A DNA stretch of 64,000 nucleotides from Ophelia neglecta (taxonomy: Eukaryota). The translations under genes and the position numbers were made by a program. Below the pieces are notes generated by a model. That model did no database searches. It had not been told where the DNA came from and saw only the letters and a list, made by a program, of their open reading frames with translations. This document shows, one piece after another, positions 52,843 to 64,000 of the stretch. The DNA lies in NCBI GenBank assembly GCA_965285935.1, contig OZ260664.1:80414001-80478000 (forward strand), given 5' to 3'. Position 1 is the first letter of the stretch; each line of letters begins with the position of its first letter.

Positions 52843-53075
52843 CTTTGTCTGCTTGGTATCCACTCCTGCTTTGTCTTTTGAGAATCCACTCCTGGTTTTT
52901 CTGCTGGGTATCCACTCCTGATTTGTCTGCAGTGTCCAAACCTGGTTTGTCTGCTGGGTATCCACTCCTGTTTTGTCTGCTGGGTATCCACTCCTGATTT
53001 GTCTGCTGGGTATCCACTCCTGATTTGTCTGCTGGGTATCCACTCCTGATTTGTCTGCTGGGTATCCACTCCTGA
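52843..53075. repeat. 26-bp minisatellite, ~9 copies (tttgtctgctgggtatccactcctga)
   Basis: Directly visible; explains three overlapping periodic ORFs. Confidence 0.95.
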
Positions 53076-54069
53076 GTTTTAAGTGCAGAAAGTTTATCCA
53101 TGTTTACAGCATCTTACAACTGTTTGAGGAACTATTGTCTTTCTTTTTGTAGCTGTTTTTGGGAAAGAATCCAAAAGGATTGGTCATCAACCAGTATATG
53201 ATTATTCCAATCATCAACAAAGGGTTCAGTGTAATTAATAGTGAGATGGTGACAATCAAGGTATAAGAAAATATACACACTCTAATAAATAGTTGTGACA
53301 TTAACATATTTCTGTTTCTCATTTCATGCCTAGCACTGGACTTAATGCCAATTGAAAGGGATTGCATCTTAAATATTCCAACAATGAAACTCTCACCCAT
53401 TGTGTCTCCTCCTGTATGTGAACTCTATCTGTTTGAATGAGCAGTGACTATGAATATTACACCACATCACCTTACCATCAGTCTAGAGGCTGCCAGGTTT
53501 AGTCTAATATCATCCTACCCAGTTGTGTTGTGTATGTGTAAAAAAGCTTTTTTGGGAGTCCAATCTTTGCCTCCACCTCTGGGAAAGCTGCTTAACACTC
53601 AGCCAGTAAGTTCATACCAAGCAACGGTGAAAGAATTTGTCATTTACTTAACTGTCAAAGTTGTGGCATTTCCCAGACACAACTTGACTGGCATACTGAG
53701 ATGGTCTCATGAATTACCATCCCTTTTTATATGTCAGAGTAAGAATGATCAATTCTACACAGTTCAGTAGACAAAATTTCTCTCCCAGTGGTGCTGCTTT
53801 TCCACAAAAGAAGCCCAGGCTGTCCACATCTTAGTACTTGTTGACAAGGACATTTATTACTCATAATAAGAGCAGGACAGGTATTAATTGTTTTCCCTTC
53901 TTGTTGATTGCATGTCAGTATTTGATTTGGTAAACCCACTGTATAGGTAAATGTATGCAGCTTGGCTGCTAAAAGCCTTATGGACAAAGCCACAGAGTCA
54001 ATTAGAATAAACTATTTTGGTATATCTAATTTTGACGCTAGGTACCTCGAACGAATACCAATGGAGTCT

Positions 54070-56445
54070 TGGTAAACACAACCAGTCTATTGATCAATAG
54101 ATACCTGCCGAACACAACCAACCCATTGATCAATAGATACCAGACAAACACAACCAGTCTATTGATCAATATATACCTGACAAACAGAACCAGTCTATTG
54201 ATCAATAGATACCTGGTAAACACAACCAGTCTATTGATCAATAGGTACCAGACAAACACAACCAGTCTATTGATCAATAGATACCCGGTAAACACAACCA
54301 GTCTATTGATCAATAGATACCTGACAAACACAACCAGCCCATTGATCAATAGATACCTGGTAAACACAACCAGTCTATTGATCAATAGATACCTGGTAAA
54401 CACAACCAGTCTATTGATCAATAGATACCTGCCGAACACAACCAACCCATTGATCAATATATACCTGACAAACAGAACCAGTCTATTGATCAATAGATAC
54501 CTGGTAAACACAACCAGTCTATTGATCAATAGATACCTGGTAAACACAACCAGTCTATTGATCAATAGATACCTGGTAAACACAGTCTATTGGTCAATAG
54601 ATACCTGGTAAACACAACCAGTCTATTGATCAATAGATACCTGGTAAACACAACCAGTCTATTGATCAATAGATACCTGCCGAACACAACCAACCCATTG
54701 ATCAATAGATACCTGGTAAACACAACCAGTCTATTGATCAATAGATACCTGGTAAACACAACCAGTCTATTGATCAATAGGTACCAGACAAACACAACCA
54801 GTCTATTGACCAACAGATTCCCGCTAAACACAACCAGTCTATTGATCAATAGATACCTGGTAAACACAACCAGTCTATTGATCAATAGATACCTGCCGAA
54901 CACAACCAGTCTATTGATCAATAGATACATGACAAACAGAACCAGTCTATTGATCAATAGATACCTGGTAAACACAACCAGTCTATTGATCAATAGATAC
55001 CTGGTAAACACAACCAGTCTATTGATCAATAGATACCTGGTAAACACAGTCTATTGATCAATAGATACCTGGTAAACACAACCAGTCTATTGATCAATAG
55101 ATACCTGGTAAACACAACCAGTCTATTGATCAATAGATACCTGCCGAACACAACCAACCCATTGATCAATATATACCTGACAAACAGAACCAGTCTATTG
55201 ATCAATAGATACCTGGTAAACACAACCAGTCTATTGATCGATAGATACCTGCCAAACACAACCAGTCTATTGATCAATAGATACCTGGTAAACACAACCA
55301 GTCTATTGATCAATAGATACCTGGTAAACACAAGAAGTCTTTTGATCAATAGATACCTGCCGAACACAACCAACCCATTGATCAATAGGTACCTGACAAA
55401 CACAACCAACCCATTGATCAGTAGATACCTGGTAAACACAACCAGTCTATTGATCAATAGATACCTGGTAAACACAACCAGCCTATTGATCAATAGGTAC
55501 CTGGTAAACACAGTCTATTGATCAATAGATACCTGGTAAACACAACCAGTCTATTGATCAATAGATACCTGGTAAACACAACCAGTCTATTGATCAATAG
55601 ATACCTGGTAAACACAACCAGTCTATTGATCAATAGATACCTGCTAAACACAACCAGTCTATTGATCAATAGATACCTGGTAAACACAACCAGTCTATTG
55701 ATCAATAGGTACCTGACAAACACAACCAGTCTATTGATCAATAGATACCTGGTAAACACAACCAGGCTATTGATCAATAGATACCTGGTAAACACAACCA
55801 GTCTATTGATCAATAGATACCTGGTAAACACAACCAGTCTATTGATCAATAGATACCTGGTGAACACAACCAGTCTATTGATCAATAGATACCTGGTAAA
55901 CACAACCAGTCTATTGATCAATAGATACCTGACAAACACAACCAGTCTATTGATCAATAGATACCTGCCAAACACAACCAGTCTATTGATCAATAGATAC
56001 CCGGTAAACACAACCAGTCTATTGATCAATAGATAACTGACAAACACAACCAGTCTATTGATCAATAGATACCTGGTAAACACAACCAGTCTATTGATCA
56101 ATAGATACCTGACAAAGCCAACAAGTCTATTGATCAATAGATAACTGACAAACACAACCAGTCTATTGATCAATAGATACCCGGTAAACACAACCAGTCT
56201 ATTGATCAATAGATACCTGGTAAACACAACCAGTCTATTGATCAATAGATACCTGGTAAACACAACCAGTCTATTGATCAATAGATACCTGGTAAACACA
56301 ACCAGGCTATTGATCAATAGATACCTAACAAACACAACCAGTCTATTGATCAATAGATACCCGGTAAACACAACCAGTCTATTGATCAATAGATACCTGG
56401 TAAACACAACCAGTCTATTGACCAACAGATTCCCGGTAAACACAA
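54070..56445. repeat. 36-bp palindromic minisatellite, ~66 copies (ggtaaacacaaccagtctattgatcaatagatacct)
   Basis: Head-to-tail units with no unique spacers and a perfect palindrome tctattgatcaataga. 32-bp deletion units occur at 54575, 55039 and 55503. Confidence 0.98.
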
Positions 56446-57069
56446 TCAAAAGAAATTCAGAAATTATTCTTTCATCTGAGGAAGATGAGAAGTAGCTTAC
56501 GTTTCCCACAAAATAATGATGTTATTTTACCCAAACCTGTAAAATGTATCTTTCAATACTGGACAACTCTTTAGCCTAACCCATGTGACTTTTTGGAATT
56601 CGGGGCTTGCCCCCGAAGACCTTCTACAGCAGTCCAAAATCTGATCTTTGGCGATTTTCGATGACGTATTACTAGCCTCGAACTGCTTCTACTTTTTTGT
56701 GTAGCTTGATGCCGTGTGCCTTAAAAAATAATCTGCTGTGTTTTCAGTCTGTCTACACTTGGGTATTATGTCACATCGGTATCAAATTATTAAAGCTTGC
56801 GACCTATTTTAGGTTTCTACAAAAAACACTTTTACCGGTGAAGGTGAAGGAGATTAGCAGGTTTTTTTAGGTGGCTTCCATGGACAGCGAAATTTGCCAT
56901 GTGTTACGGGACAAGTTACAGTACCTCCTACACTGCGTAGATATGTCCAAGATTCTGTATTTTATCAGACTGTCGCTTTTAACATCTTGAAGCTAGTTTC
57001 ATTGCTCACATGCACCTGGGTTTTAGATCATAAGACTAATCCCGGGGGTACATGGGACGGTCTGGCCTA

Positions 57070-57430
57070 AGGGAAAATGGCGCTACTTCCCAGTCACATG
57101 ATGCCTTGTCTTTCGCACTGCGTGTAACTGCCCTTTGTTGTGGCCATATTGTGGCTATTGCAGTTAGAAGAATTAGTGTCGCTATGTTTCATTTGGTAGG
57201 CGTATCTATTGTGAAATGGTTCTATTATGTACAATAACGCTGTCCTTGTAACGATTAAATTTGCTGCCATGACAGAAAATTTAAATTAAATCTCCGTTAA
57301 TCATATCATAACCTTCGTCATGTAATGCGAAATTTGTATCACTCACTCACATGGCCGACCGACTTTTTTGCTGTGATGTGTTTTCCTGCCCAATCAGCAT
57401 GTGCGTTGGAAACCACGTGAAGAAGCTGAT
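57070..57430. promoter_or_regulatory. CpG-retaining, promoter-like region
   Basis: Local excess of CpG over the rest of the window. YY1-like aaaatggcg (~57074) and acatggccgac (~57349), a CCAAT box (ccaatcag ~57389), an E-box ccacgtga (~57413) and a minus-strand donor GTGAGT at 57345-57350. Confidence 0.4.
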
Positions 57431-57632
57431 CTTTAGGGGGAAGCTGTGTGGTCTAAACTTCACTGGTGAATTACCCCTATTATAGAATCCTTGTCGAAAA
57501 AATGAATCATTAATCTATTGGAGACTACATAGTGAATTAAGTAGATTTATTGTTATTACTAAGAGCACTTAGTGACACACTAATGTATATGCCGGGTGTA
57601 TATGATCTTAAAATTCCACAGCAAGTAATGTA

Positions 57633-57715
57633 ATGCTACATGGAGTAGTCGGTAAGACGTAGGACTTCGGACTGAACACTTTTAGGTCTCTTGTGTTTGA
57701 ACCCGCGTCAGGCCG
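57633..57715 (+). pseudogene. tRNA-like relic (tRNA-Arg(TCG)-like, or a SINE head)
   Basis: A-box tggagtagtcgg, anticodon-loop-like gacttcgga, degenerate B-box gtttgaaccc and a T4 just downstream. The stems are degraded and the variable region is too long, so it is not a functional tRNA. Confidence 0.45.
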
Positions 57716-58039
57716 TCCACTCTTTTGCTGCATTTTTGAAATAATTTTTGCTGTTTCTTCCCAGCTTCGCCTATTTACAAATATATTTCTTGGGTAATTT
57801 GGGCAGCATTAAATTCATTATCCAGGGATGCAAAGGAGGTGGCCCTTCTCAATTTCAGGGGACCCCTTCAGAATAATGTTTGCTATGTTAACTGGTGAGA
57901 AGAAACTGATATTTCTGATAAACCGTTTAACGAATCCATTTTATGTAGGCCTAGGCCTATAAATCCACAGTATATTATGTAGCCTACATGCAGATCTATA
58001 TATACACCGCTAAATTATCGAGCATGCGCTTCGTCAGCA

Positions 58040-58212
58040 AGGGCGTAAAATGGGGGGTTCGTCCGAACCCCCCCTTTGTTAGCTGACTTAACTTGATTTG
58101 TCAAAAAGATTGTTCTATAGTTCGAACCGCAAAAATCTACGAACCACCACCAGAAAAACCTGTGTTGGTCCATTTCATGTCACGCTGAAGTGAAAAGCTG
58201 GGAACGCCCCTG
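58040..58212. mobile_element. Short MITE with (A/G)GGGCGT...ACGCCCCTG termini
   Basis: aagggcgt ... acgcccctg inverted ends and an internal hairpin ggggggttcg-tc-cgaacccccc. Confidence 0.55.
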
Positions 58213-61200
58213 GTCAGTCACCGGTAACCTCAGACCGATCGGTAAAATCAGACCGCTAAAATCAGACCGCCTAACTCAGACCGCCACACTGGTACAATTA
58301 TAGCTTATTGCTTGTACTTAGTTGCTGCTATGTACTCTACCTAGACAAACCCTCTGCCTGGCCCCGCAATTCCATTGTTGAGGCCTTTTGGCCCTTGTTT
58401 GTACATGTGAGCAGGTGATTTTGATGAAGCAACCTCACCTATCTGAATACCAGAATGAATTAGACTTAGTAATTACTGTGGCCAGAAAACTGAAATGTTT
58501 ATGATTTAAGTAAGCGCTTATAACCCTAGCTAGATTTCTCTATCATCTGTATGTGTTTCATGTGGGACGCTGGTAACTGATCATTCCTTATGACTCACTG
58601 CGGAGGGTAAGTGGTCTAGGTAAGGCCCTGTGCCGTCTGATGACACTACTTCAGTACTCCCCTACATTGTCATTGCATTTGGTTTTAAGAAAAGTACCTA
58701 GTATTAAGCAAGATTGGAAATGAGCTGTCATTTTCTACCCAGGAGCATGAAGTGGGATGGTCTACCTGGCAAGTCATTTTAGTAAAGTCTTGTGCTGATA
58801 CCACGAAGGAAGTGGGTATGGGTTTAAAGTGATCATCTCTTTTGAGGAAATTTCCCATCCAAATGAGTGCATAAATTGCCGGCTGAAGAAGGCTGTCATT
58901 GCTTACATTAATTCTGTTTAACATCTTAGCTGCATTAAGCAGTAATATCATCAAATACAAATTAAACAGTTTTGAAATATGGCATATTATCTTACTTGGT
59001 GCTTAAGGGATTTTGCTTAAGTCCTGTTAGCTGTCCTTTTCAGTAGGGGGTTTGTTCAATTTGATGTGAGTTACAATCCGTAATCCAATCTTTAGATGTC
59101 TGTGTTCTTTATTCCACCTTGGAGCAGCTTGTTCACCTAAACTAAAAGAAATGAAACCAAGTGACAAGTGATATAACTAATAATTAGGAGCCATCATGAT
59201 GGCCATACCTGGCTAACACAATGTCAATTTAAATGGGAATGATGAGAGATATTGATTGTAATGAACCCATGTTATCTTATCACACATCTCCTCTGCTCTG
59301 TCAATAACACAACCTCTTTGTCCTTTGTTACACCCAATTGATAATTTGGACGAGTCTATCAAAATCTGTCCCAAGAGTTATATAGACTCTGGATATGGAA
59401 CGAATCAGGTTGATTTTTACCAATTTATTGAACTTGTTGGTCCCCTGTTGTGTCCACGTAGATTGCCATGATATTGGGTTGTGCCTCTCGTGGATGCTTT
59501 TGATTGGGAAGGGAGTTCTATTTTTCTGTGTCTCATTGGAGAGAAGGAGAGTGATTGTTCTCCTGTCTGGATATCAGAGAAGAGGTGGTACACTTAGCCT
59601 GTATGTCTAACCAAGTCTCATTGGAGACAAACAGGAAATTTGTCTGTCTATGATTATACCCTGACACCTCCAGATCAGAACATGGACACAATATATCAAG
59701 GGCTTGAGTGACAAAGACCTGAGTCCTTGATCAGTGGCCTTAGGATCTTGTCAGAAATGGTCTTTAGAAAGGGCTGCTGAGCTCTGTAGGAATTGCTCTC
59801 AGTCCAATTGATTATACATTTAATGCAGACCGTGGATAAAGCTTAGATGGGTTATATAAGATGTGCTGTTGACATAATCTTAAGAGGAAAGAGGCCAAAA
59901 CAGAAGAAAACATATCTTACAGCCATTAAGCTGCTTATTTTTTTTAAAGGATTGAACATGATGGTAATTTAGATATGATTTTATTGGAAGCAATAAGGAA
60001 ATAGACCACATTTCAATGATACTAGCAGTTATCAAAGATCTTTTTTGGTATAGAGGTAGAGCTAAATGTTCCCAGCTAAGTGCCTACAATCTTCTTTGAC
60101 TGCCAACATGAAAAATGTAATAAGAAAATTAATGTGTCAAATATAGGAACACATTTTTCTACTCCAGTTGACCTACTTTATCTCACTAGCCCTTTTTCAA
60201 ATATATGGTAATGGTAGAAATGAGAAATGGAAAGAAATGGAGATTTGCCTGTTTTGTTTTTTTGTCATGAATGACCATGCATGTAATTTATTTCACTATG
60301 TATCATGGTTTGATGTTAGAGGCGTGACATCAGTCATGGCCCAGTCGCCTGCACTGTACATACAAATGCTGTTCTGATATAGGAGTGATTTGCCTAATGA
60401 GTATTCACTGACAAGCTATTATGATTACAGGAGTGATTTTTTCTGATGGGTATTCTCTACTGCATATGTCTATAAATGTGTGCTGTCACCTGGAAGTGAA
60501 AAACGGCCTGTACAACCTTCATGACATTTACCTTTATTTGTTTCTCATTAGGTAAAATGTCAGATTTCTGAGAGCAAAGAAACTGTTTTAGGAAATAGAA
60601 TTCATCCTGCTTCCAACAGTCAAACCCAAATGAATATATCTAAATGATCCTTGATGGAAAGAATTTTTTTGGAGCCTTGTAACCAAGAATAAAAGCCAGT
60701 GACACCACCACTACTTGTATATGTGCCAATTGTACATGTAATCTACAGAGCCTGTCTGGCTGTTTTTATATCTCCTGGGTACCCAATAGATTTGAATGTG
60801 TCATGCCAGATTTTCTTGTACTGTTCTATTTATATCATTATGACTGATCATCATATATATGACTGCACAGGTGGACTTGCCAGTTATAATCAACCACAGA
60901 TTTTGTTTCTGACAATCAGTTATAATCAACATTTTCGAATATGCTTTAACATAAATTCAAATAAAAAAATAATAAACAAAATTTAAAATCTGATCCAAAT
61001 GGTCATAATTTAAAATAAGCAACAGTTCTATAGCCATATATTTTCAATTTATACCTTCACCATTATCTGATTTTTATGAAATTCAATTTATCAAGTGGAA
61101 TATTGTAAGCACAATTCCAATGTGTAAAAATGAGTCCAATAGGCTGGCTTAGTTACTAACAAAGGGGCAACTTCATGTTTTAGCCAGTGTCCTGCTCAGA

Positions 61201-61399
61201 TTCCTCCCACACGGCGTGATTGACGTACAGGCAAACAAAGCAAACATTTATGCAGACACAACCTTTTCGTAGATGCTTATGGCACATCTGTGTTTTCGAG
61301 AGTAAAGTTTTATCTTTTAATCCTCTGAAAATAAATCTTAAGTAAATCACATTTTGACAATAATACCATGGGGAAGGGACACACAAAGGGCACATTTTC

Positions 61400-62800
61400 G
61401 CCCATGCTGCATGCATCACTGCTCTTCACTGAAATCAGCTGACCATCAATTGCACCACATAGCATTCTATCAATGGGTCTGATCAATGGCTACATTACAA
61501 TAAGAAATCTCCTTGGGTCAATGCAGGATGTAAGCTCAGACTTAACTCCTGATAACATACTGGCCTAGTTTAAGCAAGGACTGTTGTGTCTCCCAATGAA
61601 AGTGAGGGCACATTGCATTTAGCCAGTTAATGTTTCTTTCAAGAAAAGGACGGGCCCCAGGATGCATCTCTGTGGAAACCTCCACCGAAGATGCACAGAT
61701 CTGATTGGACAACTGTCAGTGATGTGTGGTATTATAAGGACCACCCCAGCATACCACCCTTGACACCCACCATGATTTGTAAATCTACACAGCTGAATGA
61801 TATGGTCAATGGTGACCAAGGCAGCACTTAAATCAAAGGGCACAAGAATAAAAATACCCTTCTCATCCATGGTTATAAGAATGACATTCTGCACACCTAG
61901 CAGAGCCACCCCCATGGAGTGTCCAGGCTTGTAAACAGACTGAAGAGGCTCATGCAGACTGTGAGTACACATGTGAGCATGACACAACCACTCTCCCAAG
62001 GAACATGTCAGTCAAGAGCAGCCACTAAGGAGGAGTTCACAGCATTTAACAAGTCAGCTGTCGAAGAGCACCCGAAGCAATTTTAGCAGCTAGAATGTCC
62101 CTGATATATCAGGGTATGTCAGTAACTCCATATTGTCTAGTAATGATTGATTTTTGGACTGGGCAAGGCTTGATAATAACCAACAAACAAAAAATGACAT
62201 TGTGATCTGAAACCAGAATGCTGACCTCCACTTTGTCATGACCAAATTCACAGGTTCTAGAAATTACACAATCCAGAATTTGGACCGATCTGTTGGTAGC
62301 ACTAGAGACATGTTGTTTCAAATTAAGAGTCAATGATATCAGAGAACTTTTTGGTACTGTGGTCCTCTGGGTTATGCAGGTGGCAGTTGAAATCTCCAAC
62401 TATTTACACAGTGTTAGTTGTGGTTACAAATTCATAGAGAAATAATGTAAATTCATCCATAAAACTAGGCTGAGAGATTGTTTCTTGTTGATGTTGATGA
62501 GGGGGGTGAGGTGGCGAGACACCACTGCCAAATTAAATTGTTTTGAGCCTGGTCTGGCAGGGGAAAGAGCACAGTTTTCAAATTCTGCTGTAAGGAATTA
62601 TGATTATTTTCTGACCTGAAACGTTGATGCAACACTGCAACGCCGTCGTAGCCAGTGTTTCCATCCCTGGGAAAACTGTGGAAAATATACCCAGGAAGAA
62701 ACAGAGAGTCAATGTAACAGATATCGTAAACATCTTTGTGTAGCTGATTTAGACGTTTTGAATGTTTAAATGGTTCACTTTAGGCATTACCACAAGATTG
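61400..62800 (-). mobile_element. Decayed, internally deleted L2/CR1-clade LINE (APE endonuclease and reverse transcriptase relics)
   Basis: 62109-62399 reads LKQHVSSATNRSVQILDCVISR...SDHNVI, matching the endonuclease C-terminus (QHV..PTH..G..LDL...SDH). 61619-61999 reads LQSVYKPGHSMGVALL..QNVIL...FDLSAALVTIDH and PQRCILGPVLF, matching the RT motifs QSAYR..HSTETALL, LDLSAAFDT.DH and PQGS.LGP.LF. Confidence 0.9.
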
Positions 62801-64000
62801 GCCAGGGTAGTACTGTTTTGATGTGGGCTGTTATAAATATTTTATCTGACCTCTTTTATAATTATGGGTATTGATATCTTAACAGGAAAAGGCAGTTCAT
62901 TTGATTCAAATTCTATTTTGAAAAACACTGATGGCTGTCTTTGTTCAGTAGGAGGTGCTATCCTGCAATAGAGGGAATAGTGTTTGGCCTGCTGTTAAAA
63001 ATGAATAGTTTTGATTGATTATTCCCACCTTAAGTGCAGGGGCTGGACGCTAAGAGTTATATCACTACAAGATGGGGAAACAGATGCCCTGCCAGATAGT
63101 GTGCCCAACTGTGATCTCGAGTGAGCAGGACCAGCAATGCACTTTGTTTCCTGGCACATTGTTTAAACAATGATCAAATTTAGTTCACAATAGTAATGAC
63201 TGGTATTACAAATTTTGGAATTGGAAAAAGAAAAAGAAATATGTCCATGTCTGAACTGTTGAAGTTATTACCTGTCTAAAGTTGGAAGTGAATTACAAAT
63301 TTGACTAAGTTGGACAGTAAACTATTTTCATCTGACAGAAGTTTCCTTATTTCCTAGAGTGTGTTCCTGTACGTGATACCAATTCATATAATAGTGCAAA
63401 AATATTTGTCTGGATGACATAATAAATAATAAATAAAAGGGATATGTACCATTTCAAAAGCTTAATGCCTAAAGAACTCACTCTACCAATTATAAAGATC
63501 ATAAATGATTTTTTTGTGGCCAGCCCACTGAATTTGCTAGTTCCGACGACCATATTGACTGATACAATCTTCAGGTTCCAGGCTATATATTTTGAAGATC
63601 AGAATATTTTGCCCCGTCTTACTATAAGATAAGGACATGGTATGGTGCCTGCTTGCAGTATAGGTTTTTCCACGTCTGAATTATCCTAAAGCAGGAATTG
63701 TGAAAATTGCATATTTTTCTTGAATCTCGCTCAGTTCATCCCAGTGTGCTGAAAGTCTCCAATAAAGTCTCCAATAAATCCCTTTTGTCTTCACCCGTAT
63801 AGTAATTAAACCTAAGTTTTGCACAATTAATAGAATTCAGTGGTAGCTCTTGAGTTATATTTTCAGCTTAGCTGATTAGCCATTAAATTATGGGGGAGTA
63901 GGAATTTTTTCTTTGATCTTCGAGTGTGGTTAATTCCTGTAGGCTTAAGACTTTTGGTATAAAATGTGCTGAGGCCTATCCCATTTTATAACCAAACCTC

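Noticed and set aside
54070-56445. CRISPR array (36-bp palindromic repeats)
   Set aside because: Units abut directly with no unique spacers, there are no cas genes and the context is eukaryotic.
54038-56509. Long ORFs on both strands (LLINRYLVNTTS and LLINRLVVFTRY repeats)
   Set aside because: By-product of a stop-free 36-bp palindromic unit; the frames break at the 32-bp units.

Overview
AT-rich, CpG-depleted eukaryotic DNA. The repeat families and the receptor type suggest a marine invertebrate, probably a lophotrochozoan (inference). It is not prokaryotic and contains no CRISPR array. The only intact protein-coding genes I can support are two intronless, minus-strand, 405-aa rhodopsin-family neuropeptide receptors (FMRFamide-receptor-like) at 21454-22671 and 29190-30407. 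They lie in a tandem duplication (~19.9-24.6 kb and ~26.9-32.6 kb). The copies show mosaic identity. The 7TM core is ~99% identical (7 differences in ~1 kb), but a 37-nt patch just after helix 8 has 14 differences that change 7 of 12 residues. The flanks are clearly more diverged, apart from several near-identical non-coding blocks. Each copy has a conserved splice acceptor 1.0-1.35 kb upstream of its ATG, and I cannot identify a promoter inside the duplicated unit. The two receptors may therefore be alternative terminal cassettes of one upstream promoter; a candidate lies at ~57.1-57.4 kb. The rest of the window is non-coding: six minisatellites (30, 63, 44, 40, 26 and 36 bp, the last with a perfect 16-bp palindrome and 464-bp higher-order spacing), a SINE with TSDs, Tc1/mariner-type MITEs, a foldback element, Helentron-like repeats, decayed LINEs, a tRNA-like relic and a 165-N assembly gap. 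All counts and alignments were made by eye.
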